From NCBI GenBank assembly GCA_052279835.1, contig CP181291.1, positions 3,872,001-3,936,000 on the forward strand: a stretch of DNA of 64,000 nucleotides, read 5' to 3'. A model generated the notes under the pieces. That model did not search any database. It was not told where the DNA came from and saw nothing but the letters and a program-made list of their open reading frames with translations. The DNA is from Microcoleus sp. GTDB lineage: Bacteria; Cyanobacteriota; Cyanobacteriia; Cyanobacteriales; Microcoleaceae. Below are positions 7,417 through 15,933 of the stretch, in pieces (the stretch's first letter is position 1; each line of letters opens with the position of its first letter). The position numbers were made by a program, and so were the translations under genes.

Positions 7417-9375
7417 ATGGCAATTCAATCCAGATACGCGCAATTACCCGTTGCCGTCAAGTTGTTATCACCTCTGTTGCTGGCATTTCTGAGTCTATGG
7501 ACTGCCGGAACATTGAGTTTTGGTTATTTTGCGAGAAACAACTTAGAACAGATGGCGCAGAAGGAGATTTTGGATCTGGCTAGTTTGCTCAGGGAATCTT
7601 TAAAGCAAAGACAAGAATCAGTCAATTTGAAAGCTCGTTCGATGAGTGAGAATAATGATGCGATCCGAGCCTTAAATACTGGCGATCGCGCTTTATTACT
7701 ACGGACTATATTACCACTCCAAACAAGTTTAAAACTGGATTTTGTCAGAATAGTTAATGCTGAGGGTCAAATCTTAGTGTCTTCGCAGTTAGGAGCCATT
7801 GGACAGGCCAAATTGCAGGATACCTCTATCAACCGCGCCGCTCGCACTGGACTAGAATTATCGGGAATTATGTTGTCAGAAAATACTGCTCCATCTTCGA
7901 TGATTGGCTTGATCTCGATTAAATCATCTCAAAAGATACTGGCTGGCTTGGTTGCAGGATTAGCCATTGACGACGCAGTGTTAGAGTCAATTCGGGGCGA
8001 CACATCGATAGATTTAGTGGCTTTTGATGACGAGAGAGTGACGGCAGCTACTTTGCCACTTAACCGCGATCAGTCTTGGCAATTCCCCCAACCAGATGAT
8101 TGGCCCATCAAAATCATGATTGCCGGCGAAAAATACATGATCAAAACAGTCAAGCTAGAAGGTTTCGATCGGGCAACTCTCAAAATTGCTGTACTCCATT
8201 CTGCTAAGGAAATCGAGAAATCAGAACAGCATTTATGGTTTGTGGTGGGTAGTTTTGGTCTATTAGGAAGTGTCCTGATCGCAGTTGTGATGATCGGAGG
8301 ATTCTGTATGACTCAAGCTCTCAGTCGTCGCATTCAAGGATTGACTAAGGCAACTCAGGAATTAGCCACAGGCAATTTAGCCCTTAGTATTCCGGTTGAT
8401 AGTCAGGATGAAGTGGGTCTTTTAGCTCAGGGATTTAACAGTATGGCAGAGCAAATTACAGACCGCGATCGGCAACTGAACGAACAAGTGCAACAATTAG
8501 AAATTACCCTTGAAGAATTGCACCGCACCCAAAGTCAAATAGTACAGAGTGAAAAAATGTCGGCACTGGGGCAAATGGTGGCTGGAATAGCGCACGAAAT
8601 CAACAACCCGGTCAACTTTGTCCACGGCAATTTGCGTCATATAAATTTATATACTAAAGACTTATTACGATTACTTGATTCGTATCAAAAACAATATCCC
8701 AACCCACCTCAATCTCTTCAAAATGAGCTGGATGATATGGATATAAACTTCTTAACTCAGGATATGACTAAGATTCTTCAGTCGATGAAAGTTGGGACCG
8801 ATCGCATTCGGGATATTGTGCTTTCCTTGCGTAACTTTTCTCGGCTGGATCAAGCGGAATTCAAGCCTGTAGATCTGCATCAAGGCCTTGATAACACCCT
8901 GATGATTTTGCAACATCGCCTCCAAGCTAACGAAGAACGACCAGCCATTGAAATAGTTAAGGAATATGCAGAACTACCATTTGTAGAATGCTATGCAGGT
9001 CAACTGAATCAGGTGTTTATGAATTTGCTATCAAATGCGATCGATGCTTTGGAAGAGAGCAATGCAGGGCATAGTTTTGAGGATATTGTTACCAAATCGA
9101 ATCGGATTTGGATTAAGACTACCACAATTGAACCAGACTGGGTGCAAATTGCGATCGCGGATAATGGTACTGGCATTCCAGAGAAATCGCGATCGCGCCT
9201 ATTCGATCCTTTTTTCACAACTAAACCCGTAGGTAAGGGTACAGGATTAGGCTTATCGATTAGCTATCAGGTGGCTCAAAAGCATGGTGGCAAACTATGG
9301 TGTGATTCCACCCTGGGTAAAGGCACAAATTTTATAATTGAGATTCCCATACATCAGCCGTTAATGCCTACTTGA
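7417..9375 (+). CDS. Membrane sensor histidine kinase (Cache-like periplasmic domain, HAMP, HisKA, HATPase)
   Basis: Two TM segments; HAMP (DEVGLLAQGFNSM); H-box AHEINNP; N-box NLLSNAIDA; DNGTG; FFTTKPVGKGTGLGL. Confidence 0.92.
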   Translation: MAIQSRYAQLPVAVKLLSPLLLAFLSLWTAGTLSFGYFARNNLEQMAQKEILDLASLLRESLKQRQESVNLKARSMSENNDAIRALNTGDRALLLRTILPLQTSLKLDFVRIVNAEGQILVSSQLGAIGQAKLQDTSINRAARTGLELSGIMLSENTAPSSMIGLISIKSSQKILAGLVAGLAIDDAVLESIRGDTSIDLVAFDDERVTAATLPLNRDQSWQFPQPDDWPIKIMIAGEKYMIKTVKLEGFDRATLKIAVLHSAKEIEKSEQHLWFVVGSFGLLGSVLIAVVMIGGFCMTQALSRRIQGLTKATQELATGNLALSIPVDSQDEVGLLAQGFNSMAEQITDRDRQLNEQVQQLEITLEELHRTQSQIVQSEKMSALGQMVAGIAHEINNPVNFVHGNLRHINLYTKDLLRLLDSYQKQYPNPPQSLQNELDDMDINFLTQDMTKILQSMKVGTDRIRDIVLSLRNFSRLDQAEFKPVDLHQGLDNTLMILQHRLQANEERPAIEIVKEYAELPFVECYAGQLNQVFMNLLSNAIDALEESNAGHSFEDIVTKSNRIWIKTTTIEPDWVQIAIADNGTGIPEKSRSRLFDPFFTTKPVGKGTGLGLSISYQVAQKHGGKLWCDSTLGKGTNFIIEIPIHQPLMPT

Positions 9376-9522
9376 AAATCAATTTGTGGTGTTTAAACTA
9401 ACTGTCCTATCTATTTCGGTAGCATCGGAATTATTAGTAGCCGAAATTAGGAGACTCCAGGTGCCGTCTCCTTTATATCATAAGGAGTGCAACCGGAATT
9501 GATATCAACTATCAACTATATT

Positions 9523-10635
9523 CTAACTCAAATACTCCTTAACAATTTTCAAAATCCGTGCCGCAGCCAAACCGTCCCCAAAAGGATTGATTGCCATTGC
9601 CATTGCATTGTAAGCATCCGCATTGCTCAGTAATTCGGCGGCGGAGTCTGCTATTAAATCGGCATCTGTACCGACGAGTTTAGCAGTGCCGGCGGCAATT
9701 GCTTCTGGTCTTTCTGTGGTTTCTCTTAATACTAAAACTGGTTTCCCTAAACTCGGTGCTTCTTCTTGTAAGCCACCGGAATCTGTGAGGATTAAATAGG
9801 CTCTTTGAATCGCTCCTACTAATTCTGCGTAATCTAAAGGTTCAGTTAAAAATACTCTGGGATGGTTGCCCAAAATAGCTTGTAAAGGTTCTCTAACTGT
9901 GGGATTTTTGTGCAGTGGTAATAACAAGGCTGTGTCGGGAAATTGCGCTAAAATTTTGAGGAATGCCTTGGCAATTCCTTGTAACGGTTCTCCCCAATTT
10001 TCCCGGCGGTGAACTGTGGCTAAAATAGTGCGATATTTGCTCCATTCTAAGTTGGGAATATTACATTCTGGTTCGCGTTTGGCTACTCCCAGTAAAGCAT
10101 CAATCACTGTGTTGCCTGTACGGTGAATTTGTCCCAAAACGCCCGATCGCACTAAATTTTCCGCAGCCAGGGCTGTTGGGGCAAAATGCAGCCGTGTGAG
10201 CTGAGATATCAACCGGCGGTTAGCCTCTTCTGGGTAAGGATTGAACAGGTCGTCTGTTCGTAATCCGGCTTCTACGTGACCTAGAGGTATTTTTTGGTAA
10301 AATGCAGCTAAAGCAGCGGCAAAAGCTGTGGTTGTGTCTCCTTGTACTAGGACAATTTTTGGTTGTAGTTCTTTGAACAAATCTTCTAAACCTTGCAGAC
10401 TGCGGCAAGTAATGTCTGTCAAGGTTTGCTGGTGCTGCATTATTGCTAAATCTCGATCGGCTTTTAGATGGAACAGTCCCATGACTTGCTCGACCATTTC
10501 TCGATGTTGGCCTGTTAATATTACTTGGGTGTCAAAGGATGGGGAATTTTTGAATTGTTGAATTACTGGGGCTAGTTTAATTGCTTCTGGGCGTGTTCCT
10601 AGGACGATGCAAATGCGGTGTGTGGCTTCGGGCAT
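9523..10635 (-). CDS. wecB: UDP-N-acetylglucosamine 2-epimerase (non-hydrolysing)
   Basis: GTRPEAIKLAP, TGQHREM, VQGDTTT, HVEAGLRT, TDSGGLQEEAP. Confidence 0.95.
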   Translation of the reverse strand: MPEATHRICIVLGTRPEAIKLAPVIQQFKNSPSFDTQVILTGQHREMVEQVMGLFHLKADRDLAIMQHQQTLTDITCRSLQGLEDLFKELQPKIVLVQGDTTTAFAAALAAFYQKIPLGHVEAGLRTDDLFNPYPEEANRRLISQLTRLHFAPTALAAENLVRSGVLGQIHRTGNTVIDALLGVAKREPECNIPNLEWSKYRTILATVHRRENWGEPLQGIAKAFLKILAQFPDTALLLPLHKNPTVREPLQAILGNHPRVFLTEPLDYAELVGAIQRAYLILTDSGGLQEEAPSLGKPVLVLRETTERPEAIAAGTAKLVGTDADLIADSAAELLSNADAYNAMAMAINPFGDGLAAARILKIVKEYLS

Positions 10636-10729
10636 GGTAAAGTTGGGTAGTTGAGATTTTTGAGGATATTAAAGGCTGGATATTTTATAGCTGGTTTGAA
10701 TCGTTGGTTAATAAGATTTATTTTTTTAT

Positions 10730-10863
10730 GAACCGCAGAGGGCGCAGAGGGCGCAGAGGAGGAAGAAAGAAGAGAGAAAAATTGGTTTGATTTTGGGTGG
10801 GGGCGGGTTTTTGAGATTGTGAGTTTTAGGCAATTATTGTTGGTGAAACCAGCCCCTACAAAT
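10730..10863. repeat. Composite intergenic repeats (AACCGCAGAGGGCGCAGAG family plus GGGCGGGTTT...AAACCAGCCCCTAC REP-like element)
   Basis: The second element is nearly identical to 49283-49343. Confidence 0.65.
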
Positions 10864-10900
10864 TTCTTGACATTAGTACATTTTTAATTTTTAATTTATT

Positions 10901-11467
10901 ATGCCTCGTTATATTCTATTTTACAAGCCTTACGATGTTTTGACTCAATTCACTGATAATTCAGGGGAAGTTAAACGCCGAACTCTGAAAGATTATATTC
11001 CGATTCCTGACGTTTATGCGGTGGGAAGGCTCGATCGCGATAGTGAAGGCTTGTTGTTGCTAACGGATGATGGACAAATGCAGCACCGACTCAGTGACCC
11101 GAAATTCGCTCATCCCCGTACTTACTGGGTGCAAGTGGAAGGGATTCCTGATGCTGGTGCGATCGCCACTTTGCAGACTGGTGTCACTATTCAAGATTAT
11201 CGGACTCGATCGGCAAAAGTGCAATTATTATCAGCGGAACCCCTTTTACCACCACGGGAACCGCCGATTCGATTTCGCAAGCATATACCCACAGCATGGC
11301 TGGAAATGACCCTGACAGAAGGCCGCAATCGACAAGTCCGCAGGATGACCGCAGCAGTAGGGTTTCCGACGTTGCGGTTGGTTAGATGTGCGATCGGACA
11401 TTTGCGTCTAGAAGGCCTCAATCCCGGTGAGTGGCGCGAACTAACCCAAGCTGATTTGAGATTTTAA
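10901..11467 (+). CDS. rluE: rRNA pseudouridine synthase (RluE/RsuA family)
   Basis: [37 protein letters not shown]. Confidence 0.88.
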   Translation: MPRYILFYKPYDVLTQFTDNSGEVKRRTLKDYIPIPDVYAVGRLDRDSEGLLLLTDDGQMQHRLSDPKFAHPRTYWVQVEGIPDAGAIATLQTGVTIQDYRTRSAKVQLLSAEPLLPPREPPIRFRKHIPTAWLEMTLTEGRNRQVRRMTAAVGFPTLRLVRCAIGHLRLEGLNPGEWRELTQADLRF

Positions 11468-11514
11468 ATGGAATAATTACAAATACATTTAAAACTAAAT
11501 TCCCCAAGATTTAA

Positions 11515-12342
11515 CTACTTTCTCGCTGGTAAAATAAAACTCTCTTTTCCATTTTTATCCTTTCGTACTTGAGCTCCCAATTTGACAAGAGCTTGTTTCG
11601 CCCTTTGGCGCACAAGTTTGTCTTTTGTTTGAGCATAAACCATATTCCAAGCAGAAAAGCGTACCTGGACGCTATCGGGGTCTCGACGCAAATACTCAGC
11701 AGTAGCACGAAATATCGGTGCTAATTTCTGACCTTGTGGCGTTTTTTCTACCCAGTCACCAGCCATTTCGTGCGATCGAATAGACTCAGGAATATCACCC
11801 AGCAGCAGCAGTTCGTCAAGTCCTTTATTTCGCCACACCGTCCACGCTTGGGGGTCAATTTGTGGCGACAGGACGTTAGTACCGCGTTCCATTAAATCGA
11901 CGGCAATTTCTGGTTTTGCTTGGTAAAAAGAAACAGCAACTGACAGAAATGGGTAAATTTCCACTCGCCTGGGGTCTCGTCTAGTGATGATGTCAAAATA
12001 ATCTTGACTAAGGCTGTAACCTGTGATGTCTCTGGCTTCGTCATCGCCAAAATATTGCAAAAATTTGAGAAATGTCCAATCTGCAATTAAATTGTCAAAC
12101 CCAAAACTGGGGATGGCTTTGAGAATTTTCAGCCGCAGGGCTTCTTGCTGTTCGGATTGCTTGAAAGTAGCGGCCGAGATGGTCGGTAAGGGCTTTCCCC
12201 CCTCAGTTTCCCTAGCAGAAATTCCGCCGAATTGCTCCTGGGACTGCATGGTAATGACCCCGCAAGCGGCTGCTATACCAATAACTCCACAGAGGAGCAG
12301 ACTCAACCACTTGTGAGAAAATTGTTCGACTTTAGCTTGCAC
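11515..12342 (-). CDS. Conserved cyanobacterial membrane-anchored hypothetical protein
   Basis: N-terminal TM; conserved-looking PSFGFDNLIADWTFLKFLQYFGD motif; start codon uncertain. Confidence 0.65.
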   Translation of the reverse strand: MQAKVEQFSHKWLSLLLCGVIGIAAACGVITMQSQEQFGGISARETEGGKPLPTISAATFKQSEQQEALRLKILKAIPSFGFDNLIADWTFLKFLQYFGDDEARDITGYSLSQDYFDIITRRDPRRVEIYPFLSVAVSFYQAKPEIAVDLMERGTNVLSPQIDPQAWTVWRNKGLDELLLLGDIPESIRSHEMAGDWVEKTPQGQKLAPIFRATAEYLRRDPDSVQVRFSAWNMVYAQTKDKLVRQRAKQALVKLGAQVRKDKNGKESFILPARK

Positions 12343-12567
12343 GGCACTTGGAAATTTAGGATATTAATTAAGTTTAAAGGATTACTCGGTCAGCGTAAAA
12401 TTCAGTAAAATAGATTGGTGATTGGTTGGCGATCGGTGAAAAAGCTAGTTAAACTGTTCAAAAGGATGCCATAGCCTCCGCAACAAAGTTTATTTACACT
12501 GATTTGAGATTTTTTAGCAATCGAAAATCTTCCATCAAAAATCTAAAATAGAATTGAGCGAAATTCA

Positions 12568-13887
12568 ATGAATGTAGCCCGCAGACGCTTTTCTAAATTA
12601 CAGGCAGCCCTGTTCAGTGGGGCTCTGGCCACAACCGCTTCCATATCTTTGCTTGTACCCGGCCTGAGTCAATCCGTCCGTGCTGAGCTTCAAGATAGCC
12701 CTAAAGCTGTTTTAGACGAAGCTTGGCAAATCGTGAACCGAGAGTATGTTGATGGCAGCTTTAACAAGACTGACTGGCAAGTCACCCGCCAAGATTTGCT
12801 GGGCCAAAATTATACCTCTCGCGAAGCAGCCTATACTTCTCTCCGCAAGGCATTAGAGAAGTTAAACGACCCCTACACCCGCTTCATGGACCCGAAGCAG
12901 TACGAAGCGTTGACTAATCAAACCTCTGGGGAACTGACAGGGGTAGGGATGAGGCTGGAAGCGGACGAGAAAACTAAGGTGATTACGGTGGTTGAGCCCA
13001 TGGAAAATTCCCCGGCCATTAAGGCTGGGATTCAAGCGGGCGATCGCATTTTGGTGATTGATGGTAAACCTACTACAGGCATGACTGTTTCTGATGCTGC
13101 TCAAATAATTCGGGGCGCTGAAGGCACTAAAGTCACGTTGCGGATTGCTCGGCCTGGTAAAAGTGAGTTTGATATTACCCTGACTAGGGCCAGAATTGAG
13201 GTAGCCGCAGTTCGCTACAGCCTCAAAAATGAAGGAGGTAAGAAAGTCGGTTATATCCGTTTGCAAGAGTTTAGCTCCCACGCCGGAGAACAAATGCAAG
13301 GAGCTATTAAAAAGCTCTCGGATCAGAAAGTTGATGCTTTTGTGTTGGATTTGCGTGGCAATCCAGGGGGTTTACTACGTGTGAGCATTGATATTGCCAG
13401 GATGTGGATGGATACCGGGGCTATCGTCCGTACAGTCGATCGAGCCGGAGATTCTCAGGAAATGAAGGCAAATCGGACTGCCCTCACTGACAAGCCTTTG
13501 GTAGTCCTTGTAGACGACAATTCTGCCAGCGCCAGCGAGATTTTGGCTGGTGCTCTCAAGGACAATAAACGCGCCACGGTGATGGGTGGTCAAACTTTTG
13601 GCAAGGCTTTAGTACAATCGGTGCATTCTTTGTCTGATGGTTCGGGATTGGCGGTGACGATCGCTCACTACTATACTCCCAACGGTACTGATATCAGCCA
13701 CAAGGGCGTTACTCCCGATGTCAAAGTGGAAGTCAGCGACGCACAAAAGCTGAAATTAGCTAACAAACCGACTTTGGTTGCTACTAAGGACGATCCTTGT
13801 TACGCCCAGGCGATCGCACTTTTGAAAACTACCGCTTCCTCAGCTCGTCCTGTTGCTGCTAATGAAATTGTTGTTCCTCAGAAGTAG
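12568..13887 (+). CDS. ctpB: Carboxyl-terminal processing protease (S41, PDZ), CtpB-like
   Basis: DPYTRF, GVGM PDZ, LDLRGNPGG, SASASEI, TFGKA; paralog assignment from the N-terminus DSPKAVLDEAWQIVNREYVD is tentative. Confidence 0.8.
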   Translation: MNVARRRFSKLQAALFSGALATTASISLLVPGLSQSVRAELQDSPKAVLDEAWQIVNREYVDGSFNKTDWQVTRQDLLGQNYTSREAAYTSLRKALEKLNDPYTRFMDPKQYEALTNQTSGELTGVGMRLEADEKTKVITVVEPMENSPAIKAGIQAGDRILVIDGKPTTGMTVSDAAQIIRGAEGTKVTLRIARPGKSEFDITLTRARIEVAAVRYSLKNEGGKKVGYIRLQEFSSHAGEQMQGAIKKLSDQKVDAFVLDLRGNPGGLLRVSIDIARMWMDTGAIVRTVDRAGDSQEMKANRTALTDKPLVVLVDDNSASASEILAGALKDNKRATVMGGQTFGKALVQSVHSLSDGSGLAVTIAHYYTPNGTDISHKGVTPDVKVEVSDAQKLKLANKPTLVATKDDPCYAQAIALLKTTASSARPVAANEIVVPQK

Positions 13888-13920
13888 ATGAAATTGGCAC
13901 TTAACAATTAGCTTGAAGAT

Positions 13921-13947
13921 AAAACCCGCACCGGCGGGTTTTATTTT
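13921..13947. terminator. Likely bidirectional rho-independent terminator
   Basis: AAAACCCGC-ACCG-GCGGGTTTT between convergent genes. Confidence 0.7.
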
Positions 13948-13960
13948 GGAAACTGGGTTT

Positions 13961-14395
13961 TCAACCCTGTTTTAAAATAAACTCTAAAGGCAAACCATCT
14001 GTATCGGCAATAAAAGCTACTTCGTAAACATTTTCTCCGATCGCCTGTTGAGTCGGTTCTAATAAAACTTTTAGCGGCTGAAACTGGCTTGGTTCCTCAG
14101 AAGCTGCTTGCTCAAACCGTTGTTTGAGAGACTCTAACCAAGTAGGCAAGTCAGATGTCACCTCAGTTAAATCAAAGGATAGATGATAATATCCAACATA
14201 ATGCTCGTCTCCAAAAGCATCAGGGGCGGGTTTTGGTTCCGGGATTTGAATCAGTTCAATGCGTCCGTTGAGGCCTTCCATCCAACAGGCTAGAGTGTAA
14301 CCGGTGGTAAAGCGATCGCACACAGTAAATCCCAACTGTTCGTAAAAGGCGATCGCCCGGTGAATATTAGCAGTACGAATCGAGGCGTGGTGCAT
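13961..14395 (-). CDS. VOC (glyoxalase/bleomycin resistance) family protein
   Basis: MHHASIRT, FYEQLGF, GYYHLSF, FIADTDGLPLEF. Confidence 0.85.
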   Translation of the reverse strand: MHHASIRTANIHRAIAFYEQLGFTVCDRFTTGYTLACWMEGLNGRIELIQIPEPKPAPDAFGDEHYVGYYHLSFDLTEVTSDLPTWLESLKQRFEQAASEEPSQFQPLKVLLEPTQQAIGENVYEVAFIADTDGLPLEFILKQG

Positions 14396-14458
14396 TTGAT
14401 TTTGTCATTTGTTATTGTATTTTCCTTCTTCCTTCTTCCTTCTTCCTTCTTCCTTCAT

Positions 14459-14968
14459 TTATTCAAACAACCGAAAATAGGGATATCGAATCGGAACTCC
14501 TGGCTCTTTTTCCAAATCAAAATTAATCACTTCCCAGCAAGGTTCTTCCTGGGATTGGGGGCTAAAATCCACAGGTAAACCGTAAAGCTTCGGCATGGCA
14601 GATTCCGATTGACCCCGCCAAGATGTGCTGCGCTCTAAATACACGCTGATTAATTCCCGATAGCGTTGGGCAATGATGATGCGAGTTGCTCGGTAGCCTT
14701 GAGTATATAGTCGATCGAGCGCTTCGTGAATTTCAAACCGAATTCCATCGGGGTGAGTGTGCTGACGATACCATTCATTTTCCCAGTGGCGCCAGTGTCG
14801 CCCAGACTGAAGGTGAACTAAATCTCCCGTTTTTGGATCGGCCTCAAAAGCCCCGTGACGCGGACACAAATAGGTATCCGTGAGGGTTAGAGCCGGAATT
14901 GTTTGGCGACAGTGGGGACACTGAATCTCCGGGCCAAACATCGGGTATTGCAAGGCTACTTCGATCAT
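14459..14968 (-). CDS. TIGR02652 family conserved cyanobacterial protein
   Basis: YPMFGPEIQCPHCRQTIPALTLTDTYLCPRHGAFE; ATG at 14968 preferred. Confidence 0.8.
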   Translation of the reverse strand: MIEVALQYPMFGPEIQCPHCRQTIPALTLTDTYLCPRHGAFEADPKTGDLVHLQSGRHWRHWENEWYRQHTHPDGIRFEIHEALDRLYTQGYRATRIIIAQRYRELISVYLERSTSWRGQSESAMPKLYGLPVDFSPQSQEEPCWEVINFDLEKEPGVPIRYPYFRLFE

Positions 14969-15082
14969 GTAGTGCGTCCCAAAATTTTTTCTCTGCAAAA
15001 GTCCCAAATACTTGTATTATATCTTGTATTGAGCATTGGTTAAGGTTAACCAATTTTTTCGATTAGCAATCCCAAGGAATCC

Positions 15083-15619
15083 GTGACTACACTTCCTTCC
15101 TATTGGCCTATTCCCGATCTCTCCCAAGCTGCTTTTGTCGCCGCCGGTGCTGTGGTTATGGGTAAGGTAGAAGTGGGTGCGGGGGCGAGTATTTGGTACG
15201 GGGCGGTGGTGCGAGGGGATGTGGAGCGGATTGCGATCGGCTCTTGTACTAATATCCAAGATGGATCTGTTTTACACGGCGATCCAGGAAAACCTACGGT
15301 TTTGGAAGATTTTGTGACAGTGGGACACCGAGCGGTGATTCACTCAGCTTATATTGAACGGGGTTGTTTGATCGGGATTGGGGCGATCGTCCTCGATGGA
15401 GTCAGGGTAGGAACAGGCTCTATCGTCGGCGCGGGTGCTGTTGTCACCAAGGATGTGCCGCCTTACACCCTAGTTACCGGAGTACCTGCGAAGCGATTGC
15501 GGGATGTTTCCCAGGAAGAAGCCGCGGAATTAATCGAGCACGCTAGGCGTTACGAAAAGTTGGCTTTAGTTCATGCTGGGAAAGGAACTGATTTGGGATT
15601 TGTGGAAGTGAAAGTGTAG
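15083..15619 (+). CDS. Gamma carbonic anhydrase family (hexapeptide repeat) protein
   Basis: IWYGAVVRGD, NIQDGSVLH, VTVGHRAVIH. Confidence 0.9.
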   Translation: MTTLPSYWPIPDLSQAAFVAAGAVVMGKVEVGAGASIWYGAVVRGDVERIAIGSCTNIQDGSVLHGDPGKPTVLEDFVTVGHRAVIHSAYIERGCLIGIGAIVLDGVRVGTGSIVGAGAVVTKDVPPYTLVTGVPAKRLRDVSQEEAAELIEHARRYEKLALVHAGKGTDLGFVEVKV

Positions 15620-15682
15620 CAAATAATCTCATTAATGCTAAACTATCGTAATTAAAATCAAGCAAAAAAGTATTGATTTCTA

Positions 15683-15751
15683 ATGATTTACACTACAGAA
15701 AAATTCCTAACTTTTGAAACATTCCTCGATCGCTATTGTGACAACAACTAA
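15683..15751 (+). pseudogene. Possible N-terminal remnant of a Uma2-family endonuclease
   Basis: MIYTTEKFLTFETFLDRYCDNN* resembles Uma2 N-termini (LTFEEFL..Y). Confidence 0.35.
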
Positions 15752-15933
15752 TTTAATATTAAGGTAATATGTTGAAAATTGCATGATGGTGATATTCTGC
15801 CCCGATCGAGTGGCTTGCTACAATCTAAAATCTGAAATCTAGATCGGAAACTGGGTTTTTTGCGTAAGTCTTATATATACTATTAAAGCTCTGCCGGAAT
15901 TTCACCGATCGCCTTTCCCCATACAAATCAATC

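Noticed and set aside
15083..15619. Carboxysomal ccmM
   Set aside because: Only 178 aa, no RbcS-like repeats and no ccm neighbours
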